From Candidatus Saccharimonadota bacterium (GTDB lineage Bacteria; Pseudomonadota; Gammaproteobacteria; Enterobacterales; Enterobacteriaceae): DNA of 32,000 nt. This document shows, one piece after another, positions 21,447 through 31,942 of this stretch (its first letter is position 1; every line of letters begins with the position of its first letter). The stretch spans positions 360,001-392,000 of the forward strand of contig CP001817.1 of assembly GCA_000217635.1 (NCBI GenBank). Reading direction: 5' to 3'. The notes under the pieces are model-generated. The model ran no database searches, had not been told where the DNA came from, and saw only the letters and a program-made list of their open reading frames with translations. The position numbers were made by a program, and so were the translations under genes.

Positions 21447-22230
21447 TTAAATATTAAGTATTATATGAAACCACGAAAAAAAACGTAATCTGTATTACTA
21501 AAATACCTATCCTATCAGAAAAATTTTTTATTCCTTCTCTTTTACATAATAATAAGAATGAAGTCAAGTTACCATTTTTATTATAAGAAATATCATAAAA
21601 AAAGTTTTTTTATATAATATAACAAGTATGAAATATAAGGAATGTCATCATAAAAACTACATGAAATAGAATTTACAATACAATAAAAAAAATTAAATAC
21701 CATATTTTATTTTAAAAATAAAAATTTCTCTAAATATTTTAAATTTTTTAACTAATATTTTAAATTTTTGGACAGCTTTCTTTAATATATAAACACGATA
21801 ATTTTTGATTAATAAATAATATATAACTAATATTGTAATTCCACCTACTCCTAATCATAAAGAGTTTGTATTTTTTTTAAAAAAAAATAAATCTTTTAAA
21901 TCATATAATAAACTTAATCCATCAATATTACTACCTATAATTTTTTGTTAGAATATTTTATTAAAGTATTTACTGTTTTTAAATTCTTTTAAATATCTAT
22001 TTATTATATAAATAATTAAAAAAATTTTCTTTTTTAAAGATATAATAATATTAACTCTAAAATTTCCATTACCACAAAAATTAAAAAATATAACAAAAAA
22101 ATTTATACCTACATATAATACAGAGATTTATTGATATAATATATTTTTTTCTTTGAAAAACATTTATGTATTATATAAGTGATAATAGATATTTAATAGG
22201 ATTTCCAAATAATGTAATATATTTTCCCAT
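21447..22230 (-). pseudogene. aroE: shikimate dehydrogenase remnant, near full length but with frameshifts and an in-frame stop
   Basis: The minus strand starts at the ATG at 22230 with MGKYITLFGNPIKY (E. coli ETYAVFGNPIAH). Later pieces lie in other frames. They are GNGNFRVNIIISLKKK (GGKGANVTVPFKEE), QKIIGSNIDGLSLLYDLKDL ([20 protein letters not shown]), a TGA followed by LGVGGITILVIYYLL (LIGAGGASRGVLLPLL), and DRIGILVIQ (DGLGMLVAQ). Confidence 0.8.
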
Positions 22231-22484
22231 TTTTTTCTAAAAGACTTTTTTGCAACATATCATAATCCTATGGTATAATAAAAAAAATTTAAAATTTTAT
22301 TAATATATTAATTAAAAAAAATAAATTTTTTATACACTTGTAATATCATTACTTTATATACTAAAAATTAAAAAATTATTAAAAAAAAATTTTTTTAATA
22401 ATTTAAAAAATTTGTTTTAAGTTCATTAATTCTTTTTTATAATTCTTTTTTATATTAAATTTACATATAAATTAAATAATATCT

Positions 22485-22931
22485 ATGTCTATAAAAAAAA
22501 TTTTACAATATCCAGATAATCGTTTACGAAAAATTGCGAAACCAGTCAAAAATATTGGACGAATAACTAAAAAAATAATCAGTGACATGTTTGATACAAT
22601 GTTAGCACATAAAGGGATTGGATTGGCCGCAACGCAAATTAATATTCACCAACAAATTATTGTAATAAAAAAAAATATATACAAAAATCCATCATTAATT
22701 TTAATTAATCCTATTCTTTTAAAGTCTTCCGGAAACATTGCTATTAATGAAAGCTGTTTATCTGTACCAAACATTCAAAAAAAATTAATCGAGCATATTA
22801 TATTCACGTTAATGCAATAAACTATAACGGAAAAAAAAATAACAATAAAAGCTAAGTCTTTATTAGCAATATGTATTCAACATGAACTAGATCATTTAAT
22901 AGGAAAACTATTTATTGATCACCTTATATAA
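22485..22931 (+). CDS. def: peptide deformylase, frame broken at A8 (22777-22784) and A9 (22831-22839) tracts
   Basis: Frame 0 reads [21 protein letters not shown]...GIGLAATQ...[12 protein letters not shown]. The middle piece [18 protein letters not shown] lies in another frame. The last piece [30 protein letters not shown] returns to frame 0, with its stop at 22929-22931. The three pieces joined align to E. coli Def with exact spacing. Confidence 0.88.
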
Positions 22932-22962
22932 ATATAACTTTATAAAATTTTAATATATTAAG

Positions 22963-23902
22963 ATGTCTAAAAAAAAAATTACGTATTATTTTTGCTGGAA
23001 CTAATGAGTTTTCACTCCAACATTTAAAATCATTATTTTTATCAAATTATATTATTAGTGCTGTTATTACTAAATATAATAAGAAAACAATTTCTCCTAT
23101 AAAAGATTTTGCATTAAATCACAATATTTTTATATTACAACCTAAAAATTTAAATAAAAAAAGTTTTTATAATACAATTAAAAAATACAGGCAAATATTT
23201 TTAATTGTATGTGCATATGGTATGATTATACCTTCTTCAATACTAAAACTGTTTTCAAAAAAAGCAATAAATATACACGCTTCTCTGTTACCCCGATGGA
23301 GGGGAGCTGCTCCAATCCAATGGGCTATATTATCTGGTGATAATAATACCGGAATTAGTATTATTCAAATGAATGATCAAATAGATGCTGGAAAAATTTT
23401 ATATTCCGTCTCTTGTCCTATTCATAACTCTGATACAACTAAAACAATATATAAAAAATTAATACCTATTTCAATAAACGCTATGCATCATATTTTAATA
23501 AAAATCATTAAAAATAACATTATCAATTCTTATAAACAAGATATAAAAAAAATAACTTACGCGCCCAAAATAAAAAAAGAACAGACACGGATATCATGGA
23601 AAAAATCAGCACAATATAATGAACGATTAATACGCGCATTAAACCCTTATCCTTATTGTTATTTTATTTTAAAAGATAAAATTATTAAAATAATACAAGC
23701 ATCTGTATTATTAAATGATTATAAAAAAAACTATAGAATTGGAGAAATTGTGTGCGCCAATCAGTTAGGTATACAAGTATATTCAAAAAATAAATTATTA
23801 AATATAGAAGTAGTACAAATAGCCGGAGGTATACCTATACATGTTAGTCAATTATTACATTCTAAAAAATCTTGGTTTACTCCTGGAACTATAATATTAT
23901 AA
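22963..23902 (+). CDS. fmt: methionyl-tRNA formyltransferase, frame broken in an A10 tract right after the start codon
   Basis: ATG TCT at 22963 is followed by A10 (22969-22978). The next frame is open from there to 23902 and reads [16 protein letters not shown]...VCAYGMIIP...INIHASLLPRWRGAAPIQ, colinear with E. coli Fmt ([20 protein letters not shown]...). The track ORF 23222-23902 is only the part after an internal Met. Confidence 0.9.
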
Positions 23903-23943
23903 TGTATCTTACAATAAACAATATAAATATTTTTTATAAATAA

Positions 23944-23972
23944 AAATAACGGCATAAAAATGCCGTTTTTAT
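23944..23972. terminator. bidirectional intrinsic terminator between convergent fmt and rplQ
   Basis: The hairpin is acggca (23949-23954), a taaaaa loop, then tgccgt (23961-23966). T-runs flank it on both strands. Confidence 0.6.
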
Positions 23973-24025
23973 AAAGAATATATGTTTATAAAAAAAATCA
24001 AAAAAATTAACTTTAGAAATATATT

Positions 24026-24388
24026 TTAACGATGACGATCTATTAATTCAATATAAGCTAAAGTCGCATTATCACCTTTTCTAAATCCACATTTTAATAT
24101 ACGCGTATATCCTCCTGATCTTAAAGAAAAGTGCGGACCTAAATCATTAAATAATTTTTTAACTATTAAAATATCACGAATACGTGAAAAAATTAACCGA
24201 CGATTAGAAATCGTATTATTCTTTGAATAATTAATAATTGGTTCTACAAAACGACGCAATTCTTTAGCTTTAGGAAGTGTAGTTTGAATATACTCATATT
24301 TTATTAATGAACACGCCATATTTTTTAACATGGCATTTAAATGATTTTTTTTTCTATTTAATAAACGTCCACTCTTTCTATGTCTCAT
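24026..24388 (-). CDS. rplQ: 50S ribosomal protein L17
   Basis: 120 aa, [25 protein letters not shown]...GGYTRILK, matching L17. It is the last gene of the alpha operon. Confidence 0.96.
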   Translation of the reverse strand: MRHRKSGRLLNRKKNHLNAMLKNMACSLIKYEYIQTTLPKAKELRRFVEPIINYSKNNTISNRRLIFSRIRDILIVKKLFNDLGPHFSLRSGGYTRILKCGFRKGDNATLAYIELIDRHR

Positions 24389-24440
24389 AAATATACCTCT
24401 CTATATCATATATAAATATATGAAAAAAATATAGAAATAA

Positions 24441-25430
24441 TTAATTTTCTAATAAAGTATCGGGAGGCCAATTATCTAATTTCATACCTAAAGATAAACC
24501 TCGAGAAGCTAATACATCTTTTATCTCAGTTAAAGATTTTTTTCCTAAATTTGGAGTTTTTAATAACTCTACTTCCATTTTCTGCACTAAATCACCAATA
24601 TAATGAATACTTTCAGTTTTTAAGCAATTAGCAGATCTTACTGTTAATTCTAAATCATCAACAGGACGCAATAAAACAGGCTCAAATTCCGGTTTTTCTT
24701 CTTTAATAATCGGTTCTCGAACCCCTCTAAGATCTACAAATGCTTCCAATTGTTCTGATAAAATCGTAGCAGATTTTCGAATTGCTTCTTCAGGATTAAT
24801 GGTTCCGTTAGTTTCTAAATTAATAATAAGTTTATCTAAATCTGTACGTTGTGCAACACGTGCTGCTTCTACATTATAAATAATTCGTTCAATAGGACTA
24901 TAAGAAACATCTAAAAACAAAGTTCCGATTGTTCTATTATCTTCATAAAGTTTTTTTCTTGATCCGGCTGTAACATAACCTCGACCACGAATCACTTTCA
25001 TTCTCATTTCAATAGATGCAGAGGGGCTAGTTAAATTACAAATTACATGATTTAAATTAATAATCTCTATTGATGCATCAGAATTAATATCAGAAGCTAA
25101 AACTGGACCCACACCTGTCTTCTTTAAAAATAAAATAACCTCATCTTTATTAAATAATTTAATTGCTAACCCTTTTAAATTTAACAAAACCTCCAAAATA
25201 TCTTCTTTCATTCCTTCTTTTGGCATATATTCATGTAATATACCATTTATTTCAACTTCAGCTATAGCGCAACCTGGCATGGATGATAATAAAATTCTTC
25301 TTAAAGCATTACCTAAAGTATGACCAAAACCACGTTCTAATGGTTCTAAAATAATTTTTGAATGAGTTAAACTAATTTGTTGAATATCTACTAAACGTGG
25401 TTTTAAAAATTCTATTACAGAGTCCTGCAT
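24441..25430 (-). CDS. rpoA: DNA-directed RNA polymerase subunit alpha
   Basis: [20 protein letters not shown]... is colinear with E. coli RpoA ([20 protein letters not shown]), giving 329 aa. The track's 4-codon extension (GTG AGG AAA AGA) is the GAGGA Shine-Dalgarno sequence. Confidence 0.96.
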   Translation of the reverse strand: MQDSVIEFLKPRLVDIQQISLTHSKIILEPLERGFGHTLGNALRRILLSSMPGCAIAEVEINGILHEYMPKEGMKEDILEVLLNLKGLAIKLFNKDEVILFLKKTGVGPVLASDINSDASIEIINLNHVICNLTSPSASIEMRMKVIRGRGYVTAGSRKKLYEDNRTIGTLFLDVSYSPIERIIYNVEAARVAQRTDLDKLIINLETNGTINPEEAIRKSATILSEQLEAFVDLRGVREPIIKEEKPEFEPVLLRPVDDLELTVRSANCLKTESIHYIGDLVQKMEVELLKTPNLGKKSLTEIKDVLASRGLSLGMKLDNWPPDTLLEN

Positions 25431-25460
25431 TCTTTTCCTCACTATCTGTATTATATAACA

Positions 25461-26081
25461 TTACTTGGAATACAGTTCTATAATTAAATGCTCATTAATA
25501 TCTAATAATACATCGCTACGTACAGGAATTCTCTTTATATAACCTTCCATTTTTTCGTTATTTATTTCCAACCAATCTGGTTTTTCTCGTTGAATCATTA
25601 ATTCTAAAGCCGCTTTAATACGTATTTGATTTTTTGATCTTTCACGAATTGATATTTTATCATTTAATGAAACTTGAAATGAAGGAATATTAACAATTTT
25701 ATTATTTACTAAAACAGATTTATGACTAATTAATTGACGCGATTCTGATCGAGTAGAACCAAATCCCATACGATATATAATATTATCTAAACGACGCTCT
25801 AATAAAGAAAGAAGATTATTCCCAGAATTTCCTTTTAATTTTGCTGCTTTTTTATAATAATTATGAAATTGTTTTTCTAATACACCGTATAAACGACGCA
25901 CTTTTTGTTTTTCTCTTAATTGTATTCCATATTCAGATAAACGTAACTTACGAGAACCATGTTGACCAGGCGCTCTATCTATTTTACATTTAGATTCAAT
26001 AGCACGGACCCCAGATTTTAACAATAAATCAGATCCTTCTCGACGAATTAATTTTAATTTAGGTCCTAAATATTTTGCCAT
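25461..26081 (-). CDS. rpsD: 30S ribosomal protein S4
   Basis: 206 aa, [33 protein letters not shown]...[12 protein letters not shown], colinear with E. coli S4. Confidence 0.97.
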   Translation of the reverse strand: MAKYLGPKLKLIRREGSDLLLKSGVRAIESKCKIDRAPGQHGSRKLRLSEYGIQLREKQKVRRLYGVLEKQFHNYYKKAAKLKGNSGNNLLSLLERRLDNIIYRMGFGSTRSESRQLISHKSVLVNNKIVNIPSFQVSLNDKISIRERSKNQIRIKAALELMIQREKPDWLEINNEKMEGYIKRIPVRSDVLLDINEHLIIELYSK

Positions 26082-26110
26082 ATTACACCTTTATTTAAAT
26101 TTTTAAAAAA

Positions 26111-26524
26111 TTATACACGACGCTTTTTTGGTGGACGACAACCATTATGAGGAATGGGTGTAATATCTGTAATATTTGTAATACGAAACCCAACAGTATT
26201 TAATGCTCTAATTGTAGACTCTCGTCCCGGACCAGGACCTTTTACCATAATTTCTAAATTTTTTATTCCATATTCTTTTACAATATCAGCGCATCTTTCG
26301 GCTGCAACTTGTGCTGCAAAAGGCGTTGATTTTCGCGATCCTCTAAACCCTGAACCGCCTGAAGTAGCCCAACCTAATGTATGACCTTGACGATCAGTAA
26401 TTGTGACAATTGTATTATTAAATGATGCATGTATATGAGCGATACCATCAATAATTTGCCTTTTAACTCTTTTTTTAAATGTAATGTTTTTGTTTTTACC
26501 ATTATTTAGTAACCCTATCTTCAT
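26111..26524 (-). CDS. rpsK: 30S ribosomal protein S11
   Basis: 137 aa. [51 protein letters not shown]...[15 protein letters not shown] matches S11. Its ATG overlaps the rpsM TGA as ATGA. Confidence 0.96.
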   Translation of the reverse strand: MKIGLLNNGKNKNITFKKRVKRQIIDGIAHIHASFNNTIVTITDRQGHTLGWATSGGSGFRGSRKSTPFAAQVAAERCADIVKEYGIKNLEIMVKGPGPGRESTIRALNTVGFRITNITDITPIPHNGCRPPKKRRV

Positions 26525-26886
26525 TCATCTTTATTTTTTATTAATTTTCTAGGCCCTTTACATGTACGTGCATTCGTTTTAGTTCTTTGTCCACGTGCAG
26601 GAAGGTGTTTTCGATGACGTAAACCGCGATAACAACCAAGATCCATAAGTCTTTTAATACTCATTTTATTTTCACGACGTAAATCTCCTTCAACAACAAG
26701 TTTTGAAATAATTATACGTAATTTTTCAATTTCTTGATCATTTAATTTATTTACTTTAATATTTGGTGCTATATTAACTGCAAAACAAATTTTTCTAGAA
26801 CGTGAAATTCCAATTCCATAAATTGAAGTTAATGCAATAGATAAATGTTTATGAATAGGAATATTAATACCAGCAATACGAGTCAC
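26521..26886 (-). CDS. rpsM: 30S ribosomal protein S13
   Basis: 121 aa with a GTG start preceded by [18 protein letters not shown]...[28 protein letters not shown] matches S13. Confidence 0.96.
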   Translation of the reverse strand: MTRIAGINIPIHKHLSIALTSIYGIGISRSRKICFAVNIAPNIKVNKLNDQEIEKLRIIISKLVVEGDLRRENKMSIKRLMDLGCYRGLRHRKHLPARGQRTKTNARTCKGPRKLIKNKDE

Positions 26887-27008
26887 TTATATTACTCCAA
26901 AAGTTAAAAATTGAATAATGTATATCTTATAATATATAAAACAATAAAAGTTATATAATAATCTATAAAATTAAAGTTACTTTAATAATATTTTATATAA
27001 TAAAATAA

Positions 27009-27125
27009 CTACCCTTGCCTTTGTTTATGTTTTGGGTAATTATTACAAATTACACGAATAACATTTTTACGTCGTACAATTTTACAATCACGACATATTT
27101 TTTTAACAGATGCCCTAACTTTCAT
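27009..27125 (-). CDS. rpmJ: 50S ribosomal protein L36 (38 aa; too short for the ORF track)
   Basis: The minus strand reads [38 protein letters not shown], compared with E. coli [38 protein letters not shown]. It sits between secY and rpsM as expected. Confidence 0.95.
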   Translation of the reverse strand: MKVRASVKKICRDCKIVRRKNVIRVICNNYPKHKQRQG

Positions 27126-27154
27126 ATATAACTCCTAAAAATTACTATATCTTT

Positions 27155-28447
27155 TTATGTTTTTAAATATAAATGCGCTTTTTTTAAAACCGATTTATAT
27201 TGAGTAGACATAATAAATGTTTGTACTTGAGTTATAAAATCTATTATAACAACAACTATAATTAATAAAGACGTTCCACCAAAATAAAATGGAACACATA
27301 AAAAATAACGCATGATTTCAGGTGTTAAACAAATAAAAACAGTATATATAGATCCAATTAATGTTAACCGTAATACTATTTTTTTAATATATTTAGATGT
27401 TTGTATTCCCGGGCGTATTCCAGGTAAAAAAGCACCAGATTTTTTTAAATTATCAGATGTATCGTTAACATTAAAAATTAAACCGGTATAAAAAAACAAA
27501 AAAATATAATCAAAAAATATAAAGAACAAAATATAAAAAATGATTAGGACGTAAAGATAATAAAAAACTAAAAAATTGTTTTTTTCATTACAAATATTAT
27601 AAAAATAAGTAGCTATCATTGATGGAAATAAAATAATACTTGATGAAAAAATTACTGGAACAACTCCAGCCATATTTAATTTTAAAGGCAAATAACTACT
27701 ATTTTTTGAATATGTATGACGATTTTGCTGTTGTCTGGCATAATAGACAATAATATTACGCTGACTTTGTTCTATTACAACAACTAAATAAATAATCAAT
27801 ACCATAATTATGGTCACTAATAAACAATAAAATACACTTAATCGATGTAAAAAAATATATTTAATTGTATTTGCTATTGATTTTGGTAAACCAGATAAAA
27901 TACCAGAAAAAATAATTAAGGAAATACCATTACCTAACCCCTTTTCTGTAATTAATTCACCTAACCACATTAGAAAAATAGTCCCAGTTACTAAACTAAT
28001 TACTGCAGGAAAATAAAATTCAAAGCCAGAAGCAATTATAATATTTTTCATTCCGGGTATATATGGTAAACCAATAATAACACTAAAAGATTGAATGCAT
28101 GCTAAAAAAAAAGTAATAAACTTTGTGTACTGATTAATTTTATTTCGTCCAAGCTCACCTTCTTTTTTTAGCTCCTTCAAAAAATTACACGTTACAGTTA
28201 ATAATTCAATTATAATAGATGCAGAGATATATGGCATGACACCTAATGCAAATATAGATGCCCTACTTAAAGAACCTCCAGAAAATAAATTAAAAATTTC
28301 TAAAACAGAATTATGCTTCTGAATTAAAAATTGTTGTAATACGTCAACATTAATTCCAGGAATTGGAATAAATGATCCTATTCGAAATATTAAAATTGCT
28401 CCAATTAAAAACCAAATTCTATTTTTTAAATTATTTATATTTTCCAT
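27155..28447 (-). CDS. secY: preprotein translocase subunit SecY
   Basis: 430 aa. It has FRIGSFIPIPGI, FSGGSLSRASIFALGVMPYISASIIIELL, NLKKSGAFLPGIRPG and FYFGGTSLLIIVVV. It is colinear with E. coli SecY. Confidence 0.97.
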   Translation of the reverse strand: MENINNLKNRIWFLIGAILIFRIGSFIPIPGINVDVLQQFLIQKHNSVLEIFNLFSGGSLSRASIFALGVMPYISASIIIELLTVTCNFLKELKKEGELGRNKINQYTKFITFFLACIQSFSVIIGLPYIPGMKNIIIASGFEFYFPAVISLVTGTIFLMWLGELITEKGLGNGISLIIFSGILSGLPKSIANTIKYIFLHRLSVFYCLLVTIIMVLIIYLVVVIEQSQRNIIVYYARQQQNRHTYSKNSSYLPLKLNMAGVVPVIFSSSIILFPSMIATYFYNICNEKNNFLVFYYLYVLIIFYILFFIFFDYIFLFFYTGLIFNVNDTSDNLKKSGAFLPGIRPGIQTSKYIKKIVLRLTLIGSIYTVFICLTPEIMRYFLCVPFYFGGTSLLIIVVVIIDFITQVQTFIMSTQYKSVLKKAHLYLKT

Positions 28448-28495
28448 TTTATTTTTTCTATAAAAATATATAGTATTATATATAATATTGTTGCG

Positions 28496-28930
28496 TTATT
28501 TAATGCAACCACCTGCAGATTCAATGATAATACGAGCACCTTTTGTTACTTTTAAACCTGAAATAGATATTGGTGAAAAAATATTTCCAGAATAAATAAT
28601 TTTAACAAATTTTATTGTTTTTTTTGATAATATTAAATTTTTTAAAACATCTAATGTAATATCAATTTTTTCTTTAATTTTTAAGAGTTCTGATGTTCTG
28701 ACTTCAGCAGTAATTCTTTGTTTTTTAGATATAAATCCAAATTTTGGTATTCGTCTATATAATGGTGTTTGCCCTCCTTCAAAACCACGACGAACTTTTC
28801 CTCCTGCTCTAGATTTTTGTCCTTTATGACCACGACCTCCCGTTTTTCCAAATCCAGAACCTATTCCACGGCAAATTCTTTTTTTTTGTTTACGATTATT
28901 TAACGATAAAGATAAAGTATTTAGATACAT
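28496..28930 (-). CDS. rplO: 50S ribosomal protein L15
   Basis: 144 aa, MYLNTLS...[23 protein letters not shown]...[19 protein letters not shown], matching L15. Confidence 0.96.
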   Translation of the reverse strand: MYLNTLSLSLNNRKQKKRICRGIGSGFGKTGGRGHKGQKSRAGGKVRRGFEGGQTPLYRRIPKFGFISKKQRITAEVRTSELLKIKEKIDITLDVLKNLILSKKTIKFVKIIYSGNIFSPISISGLKVTKGARIIIESAGGCIK

Positions 28931-29115
28931 CTTTTTTCCTTCTCTTTTATTTGAATCATATAATAAACTTTTTTTATCATCCCTCTAATAGAAGGAGTAT
29001 CTTCACGAATTACAATATCACCAATATAACGCAAACCTAAACCTTTAATTGTAGATTTATGTTTAGGAATCCTTCCAATTATACTTTTGATTTGTTTAAT
29101 AATTATTTGTTTCAT
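28921..29115 (-). CDS. rpmD: 50S ribosomal protein L30
   Basis: 64 aa. [40 protein letters not shown] matches L30. A short C-terminal extension overlaps the rplO start by 10 nt. Confidence 0.93.
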   Translation of the reverse strand: MKQIIIKQIKSIIGRIPKHKSTIKGLGLRYIGDIVIREDTPSIRGMIKKVYYMIQIKEKEKRCI

Positions 29116-29130
29116 ATATTTACTCTTTTT

Positions 29131-29631
29131 TTATAAAAATAATTTAATTGGTTTATTTCTTTTGCGCGAAATAATTTCTGGAGATCGAATTTTTTTTAAT
29201 CCATTTATCGTTGCTCGCACAACATTAATAGGATTGGTTGAACCATATATTTTAGCTAAAATATCATGTATACCTACAACATCTAAAATAAAACGCATAG
29301 CACCTCCCGCAATAATTCCTGTCCCCTCAGATGCTGGTTTCATAAACACCTTTGAACTAGTATGAATACCTATCACAGAATGTTGTATCGTTTTTTTAAA
29401 CAAAGGTATTTGAATCATATTTTTTCTTGCCTGTTCCATAGCTTTTTGAATAGCAGAAGGCACTTCACGTGCTTTTCCATAACCAAAACCAACTCTACCA
29501 TTACTATTGCCTACTACGGTTAATGCTGTAAAAGAAAATATTCGCCCTCCTTTTACTGTTTTAGAAACTCGATTTACTGCAATTAATTTTTCCTTTAATT
29601 CACTATGTAATCCTTTTGTTTCAAAATTCAT
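29131..29631 (-). CDS. rpsE: 30S ribosomal protein S5
   Basis: 166 aa. [49 protein letters not shown] matches S5. Confidence 0.97.
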   Translation of the reverse strand: MNFETKGLHSELKEKLIAVNRVSKTVKGGRIFSFTALTVVGNSNGRVGFGYGKAREVPSAIQKAMEQARKNMIQIPLFKKTIQHSVIGIHTSSKVFMKPASEGTGIIAGGAMRFILDVVGIHDILAKIYGSTNPINVVRATINGLKKIRSPEIISRKRNKPIKLFL

Positions 29632-29650
29632 ATATATAAAATCCTTATAC

Positions 29651-30019
29651 TTAAAATATTAAGCCGAATGAACGAGCTGATTCAGCTAATGATTTAATGC
29701 GACCATGATATTTAAAACCAGAACGGTCAAAAGAAACTTTTTTAATTCCTTTTAATAAAGCACGTTTAGCAATTAATTCACCTACTAAACGTGCAGATAT
29801 TTTATTTCCAGTATATATTTTTGCTATATTAAAATGATTTTTTTCTAAAGTTGACGCACACGTTATTACTCTTGCATTTTCATTCGAAATAATTTGTGCA
29901 TATATATGCTTAGAGCTACGATGAATAATTAAACGAAAAAGCGATTTTAATTGAATTTTTTTTCTTAATTTCATATAACGCCGCATACGTGAAGAATTTT
30001 TATTCACCTGACCTTTCAT
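29651..30019 (-). CDS. rplR: 50S ribosomal protein L18
   Basis: 122 aa. [13 protein letters not shown]...YTGNK...[26 protein letters not shown] matches L18. Confidence 0.96.
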   Translation of the reverse strand: MKGQVNKNSSRMRRYMKLRKKIQLKSLFRLIIHRSSKHIYAQIISNENARVITCASTLEKNHFNIAKIYTGNKISARLVGELIAKRALLKGIKKVSFDRSGFKYHGRIKSLAESARSFGLIF

Positions 30020-30020
30020 A

Positions 30021-30563
30021 TTATTTCTTTTTTGCCTCTTTAATTATTACTTTTTCATGAAAATAACGAATTCCTTTACCTTTATAGGGTTCTGGAACAC
30101 GATATGCTCTTATATTAGCAGCAACCTGTCCTACTAATTGTTTATTTACACCGGTTAAAGAAAGTTCCGTATTAGATAACACATCTACCGTAATATATTT
30201 TGGTAAATAATATATAATAGGATGCGAGAAACCGAGAAATAATTTTAATATGTTAGTATGCTCTAAAGTTACACGATAACCTACACCAAATAACTGTAAT
30301 TTTTTAGTATACCCATTTGTAACTCCAAAAATCATATTTTGTAAAATTGAACGACATGTACCTGCTTGCATCCAACCATACGATTCTGATATATGATTAT
30401 GAGTAACAAATAACATATTTTTTTTATAATTTATTTTAATACATTTATGTATACGATATTTTAATAATCCTAAATGACCTGTAATAGTAATTACAGGTAT
30501 ATCGCTCAAAGATATTGAAATAGATTTAGGTATATTAATAGGTAATTTTGCGACTCGAGACAT
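30021..30563 (-). CDS. rplF: 50S ribosomal protein L6
   Basis: 180 aa. [12 protein letters not shown]...GVGYRV...[20 protein letters not shown] matches L6. Confidence 0.96.
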   Translation of the reverse strand: MSRVAKLPINIPKSISISLSDIPVITITGHLGLLKYRIHKCIKINYKKNMLFVTHNHISESYGWMQAGTCRSILQNMIFGVTNGYTKKLQLFGVGYRVTLEHTNILKLFLGFSHPIIYYLPKYITVDVLSNTELSLTGVNKQLVGQVAANIRAYRVPEPYKGKGIRYFHEKVIIKEAKKK

Positions 30564-30588
30564 ACTTTAACTCTCCAAATAATTTATA

Positions 30589-30981
30589 TTATTCCACATA
30601 ACATATTATTTCTCCGCCTAAATTTTTTATACGTGCAACACGATCTGTTAAAATACCACATGATGTAGATATAATAGCAATACCTAAACCTTGCATAATA
30701 AGCGGAAGATCTTTTTTTTTACAATATTGACGTAACCCTGGCCGACTAACTCGCGAAATATTTTCAATAACCGGTTTACCTTTAAAATATTTTAATACTA
30801 TTTCTAAAACTTGATATGTCTTTTTATAAATATGATAATTTATAATATATCCTTCGCTTTTTAATACTTTAGTAATATTTTTTTTTAATTTAGAAAATGG
30901 TATAGTAATAGAAATTTTATTTGCGCGTTGTCCATTACGAATACATGTAATCATATCTGATATTGGATCTTGAATACTCAT
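30589..30981 (-). CDS. rpsH: 30S ribosomal protein S8
   Basis: [22 protein letters not shown]...VSRPGLRQY...GGEIICYVE compares with E. coli S8 MSMQDPIADMLTRIRNGQ. I start at the internal Met (30981). The 16 upstream codons of the track ORF have no S8 counterpart. Confidence 0.93.
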   Translation of the reverse strand: MSIQDPISDMITCIRNGQRANKISITIPFSKLKKNITKVLKSEGYIINYHIYKKTYQVLEIVLKYFKGKPVIENISRVSRPGLRQYCKKKDLPLIMQGLGIAIISTSCGILTDRVARIKNLGGEIICYVE

Positions 30982-31029
30982 AAATATATTTCTCACTTCT
31001 ATAAATAGAACAATATTTTTAAAAGACAA

Positions 31030-31335
31030 CTACCAACTAGCTTTTGTTAACCCTGGAATTTCTCCTCTCATTGCTGATTCTCTTACTTTCATACGACTTA
31101 AACCAAATTTACGGAGAAATGCATGAGGACGTCCAGTTTGTCGACAGCGATTTCGTTGTCTGGAAGGACTTGAATCTCTTGGTAAAGTCTGTAATTTTAA
31201 CATGGCATTCCAACGGTCTTTTTCTAAAATACTTTGATTACATATAATTTTTTTTAATTTACATCGTAGTACATAAAATTTTAAAGCTAATTTAATTCGT
31301 TTAACTTCACGCGCTTTCATTGATTGTTTAGCCAT
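31030..31335 (-). CDS. rpsN: 30S ribosomal protein S14
   Basis: 101 aa. [13 protein letters not shown]...[41 protein letters not shown] matches S14. Confidence 0.96.
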   Translation of the reverse strand: MAKQSMKAREVKRIKLALKFYVLRCKLKKIICNQSILEKDRWNAMLKLQTLPRDSSPSRQRNRCRQTGRPHAFLRKFGLSRMKVRESAMRGEIPGLTKASW

Positions 31336-31374
31336 CTTATCTTCTCTTATTATATATTATATAATTAATATCTT

Positions 31375-31923
31375 TTATTTTTTTCGAAAAGGAAAATTAA
31401 AAGCTGATAACAACGCCTGTCCTTCCATATCTGATTGTGCTTGTATAGTAATAGTAATGTCCATCCCTCTTATAGCATCAATTTTATCATAATTAATTTC
31501 AGGAAAAATGATCTGCTCACGTATACCTAAACTATAATTTCCCCGGCCATCAAATGAACGGACAGGCATGCCACGAAAATCCCGTATACGAGGAATAGCA
31601 ACAGTTATAAGTTTGTCAAAAAAATCCCATTTTCTATTGCCTCTCAAAGTTACTTTGCATCCAATAGGATATCCTTTACGAATTTTAAAAGTTGCAATAG
31701 ATTTTTTTGCTAACGTTACAATAGGTTTTTGACCAGAAATCAATTGCAAATCATTAATTGCATTATTTAACACCTTTTTATCAGAAATAGATTTTCCAAG
31801 ACCCATATTTAATGTTATTTTTTTAATTTGCGGAACCGCCATCACTGTTGTATAATGAAACCGTTTTAAAAGAATCGGAATCACGCTATTTATATAATAA
31901 GATTTTAACCGTGCTATCCTCAT
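31375..31923 (-). CDS. rplE: 50S ribosomal protein L5
   Basis: [43 protein letters not shown]... compares with E. coli L5 [48 protein letters not shown] Shine-Dalgarno sequence lies 9 nt upstream of the ATG at 31923. The longer track ORF overlaps the rplX tail. Confidence 0.93.
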   Translation of the reverse strand: MRIARLKSYYINSVIPILLKRFHYTTVMAVPQIKKITLNMGLGKSISDKKVLNNAINDLQLISGQKPIVTLAKKSIATFKIRKGYPIGCKVTLRGNRKWDFFDKLITVAIPRIRDFRGMPVRSFDGRGNYSLGIREQIIFPEINYDKIDAIRGMDITITIQAQSDMEGQALLSAFNFPFRKK

Positions 31924-31942
31924 TATATCCAACTCCTCATTG

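Noticed and set aside
23222-23902. A 226-aa ORF considered as a stand-alone gene. Likewise 11335-11559 as a stand-alone 74-aa gene.
   Set aside because: The frames are open well upstream of these internal Met codons and continue the Fmt and YbaB alignments. They are the downstream parts of frameshifted fmt and ybaB.
25431-25442. N-terminal extensions in the track for rpoA (MRKR). The same applies to rpsH (30982-31029, 16 codons) and rplE (31924-31974, 17 codons).
   Set aside because: The orthologue N-termini align to the internal Met codons. The rpoA extension is the GAGGA ribosome-binding site, the rplE extension overlaps the rplX tail and its GAGGAG Shine-Dalgarno sequence, and the rpsH extension has no S8 counterpart.
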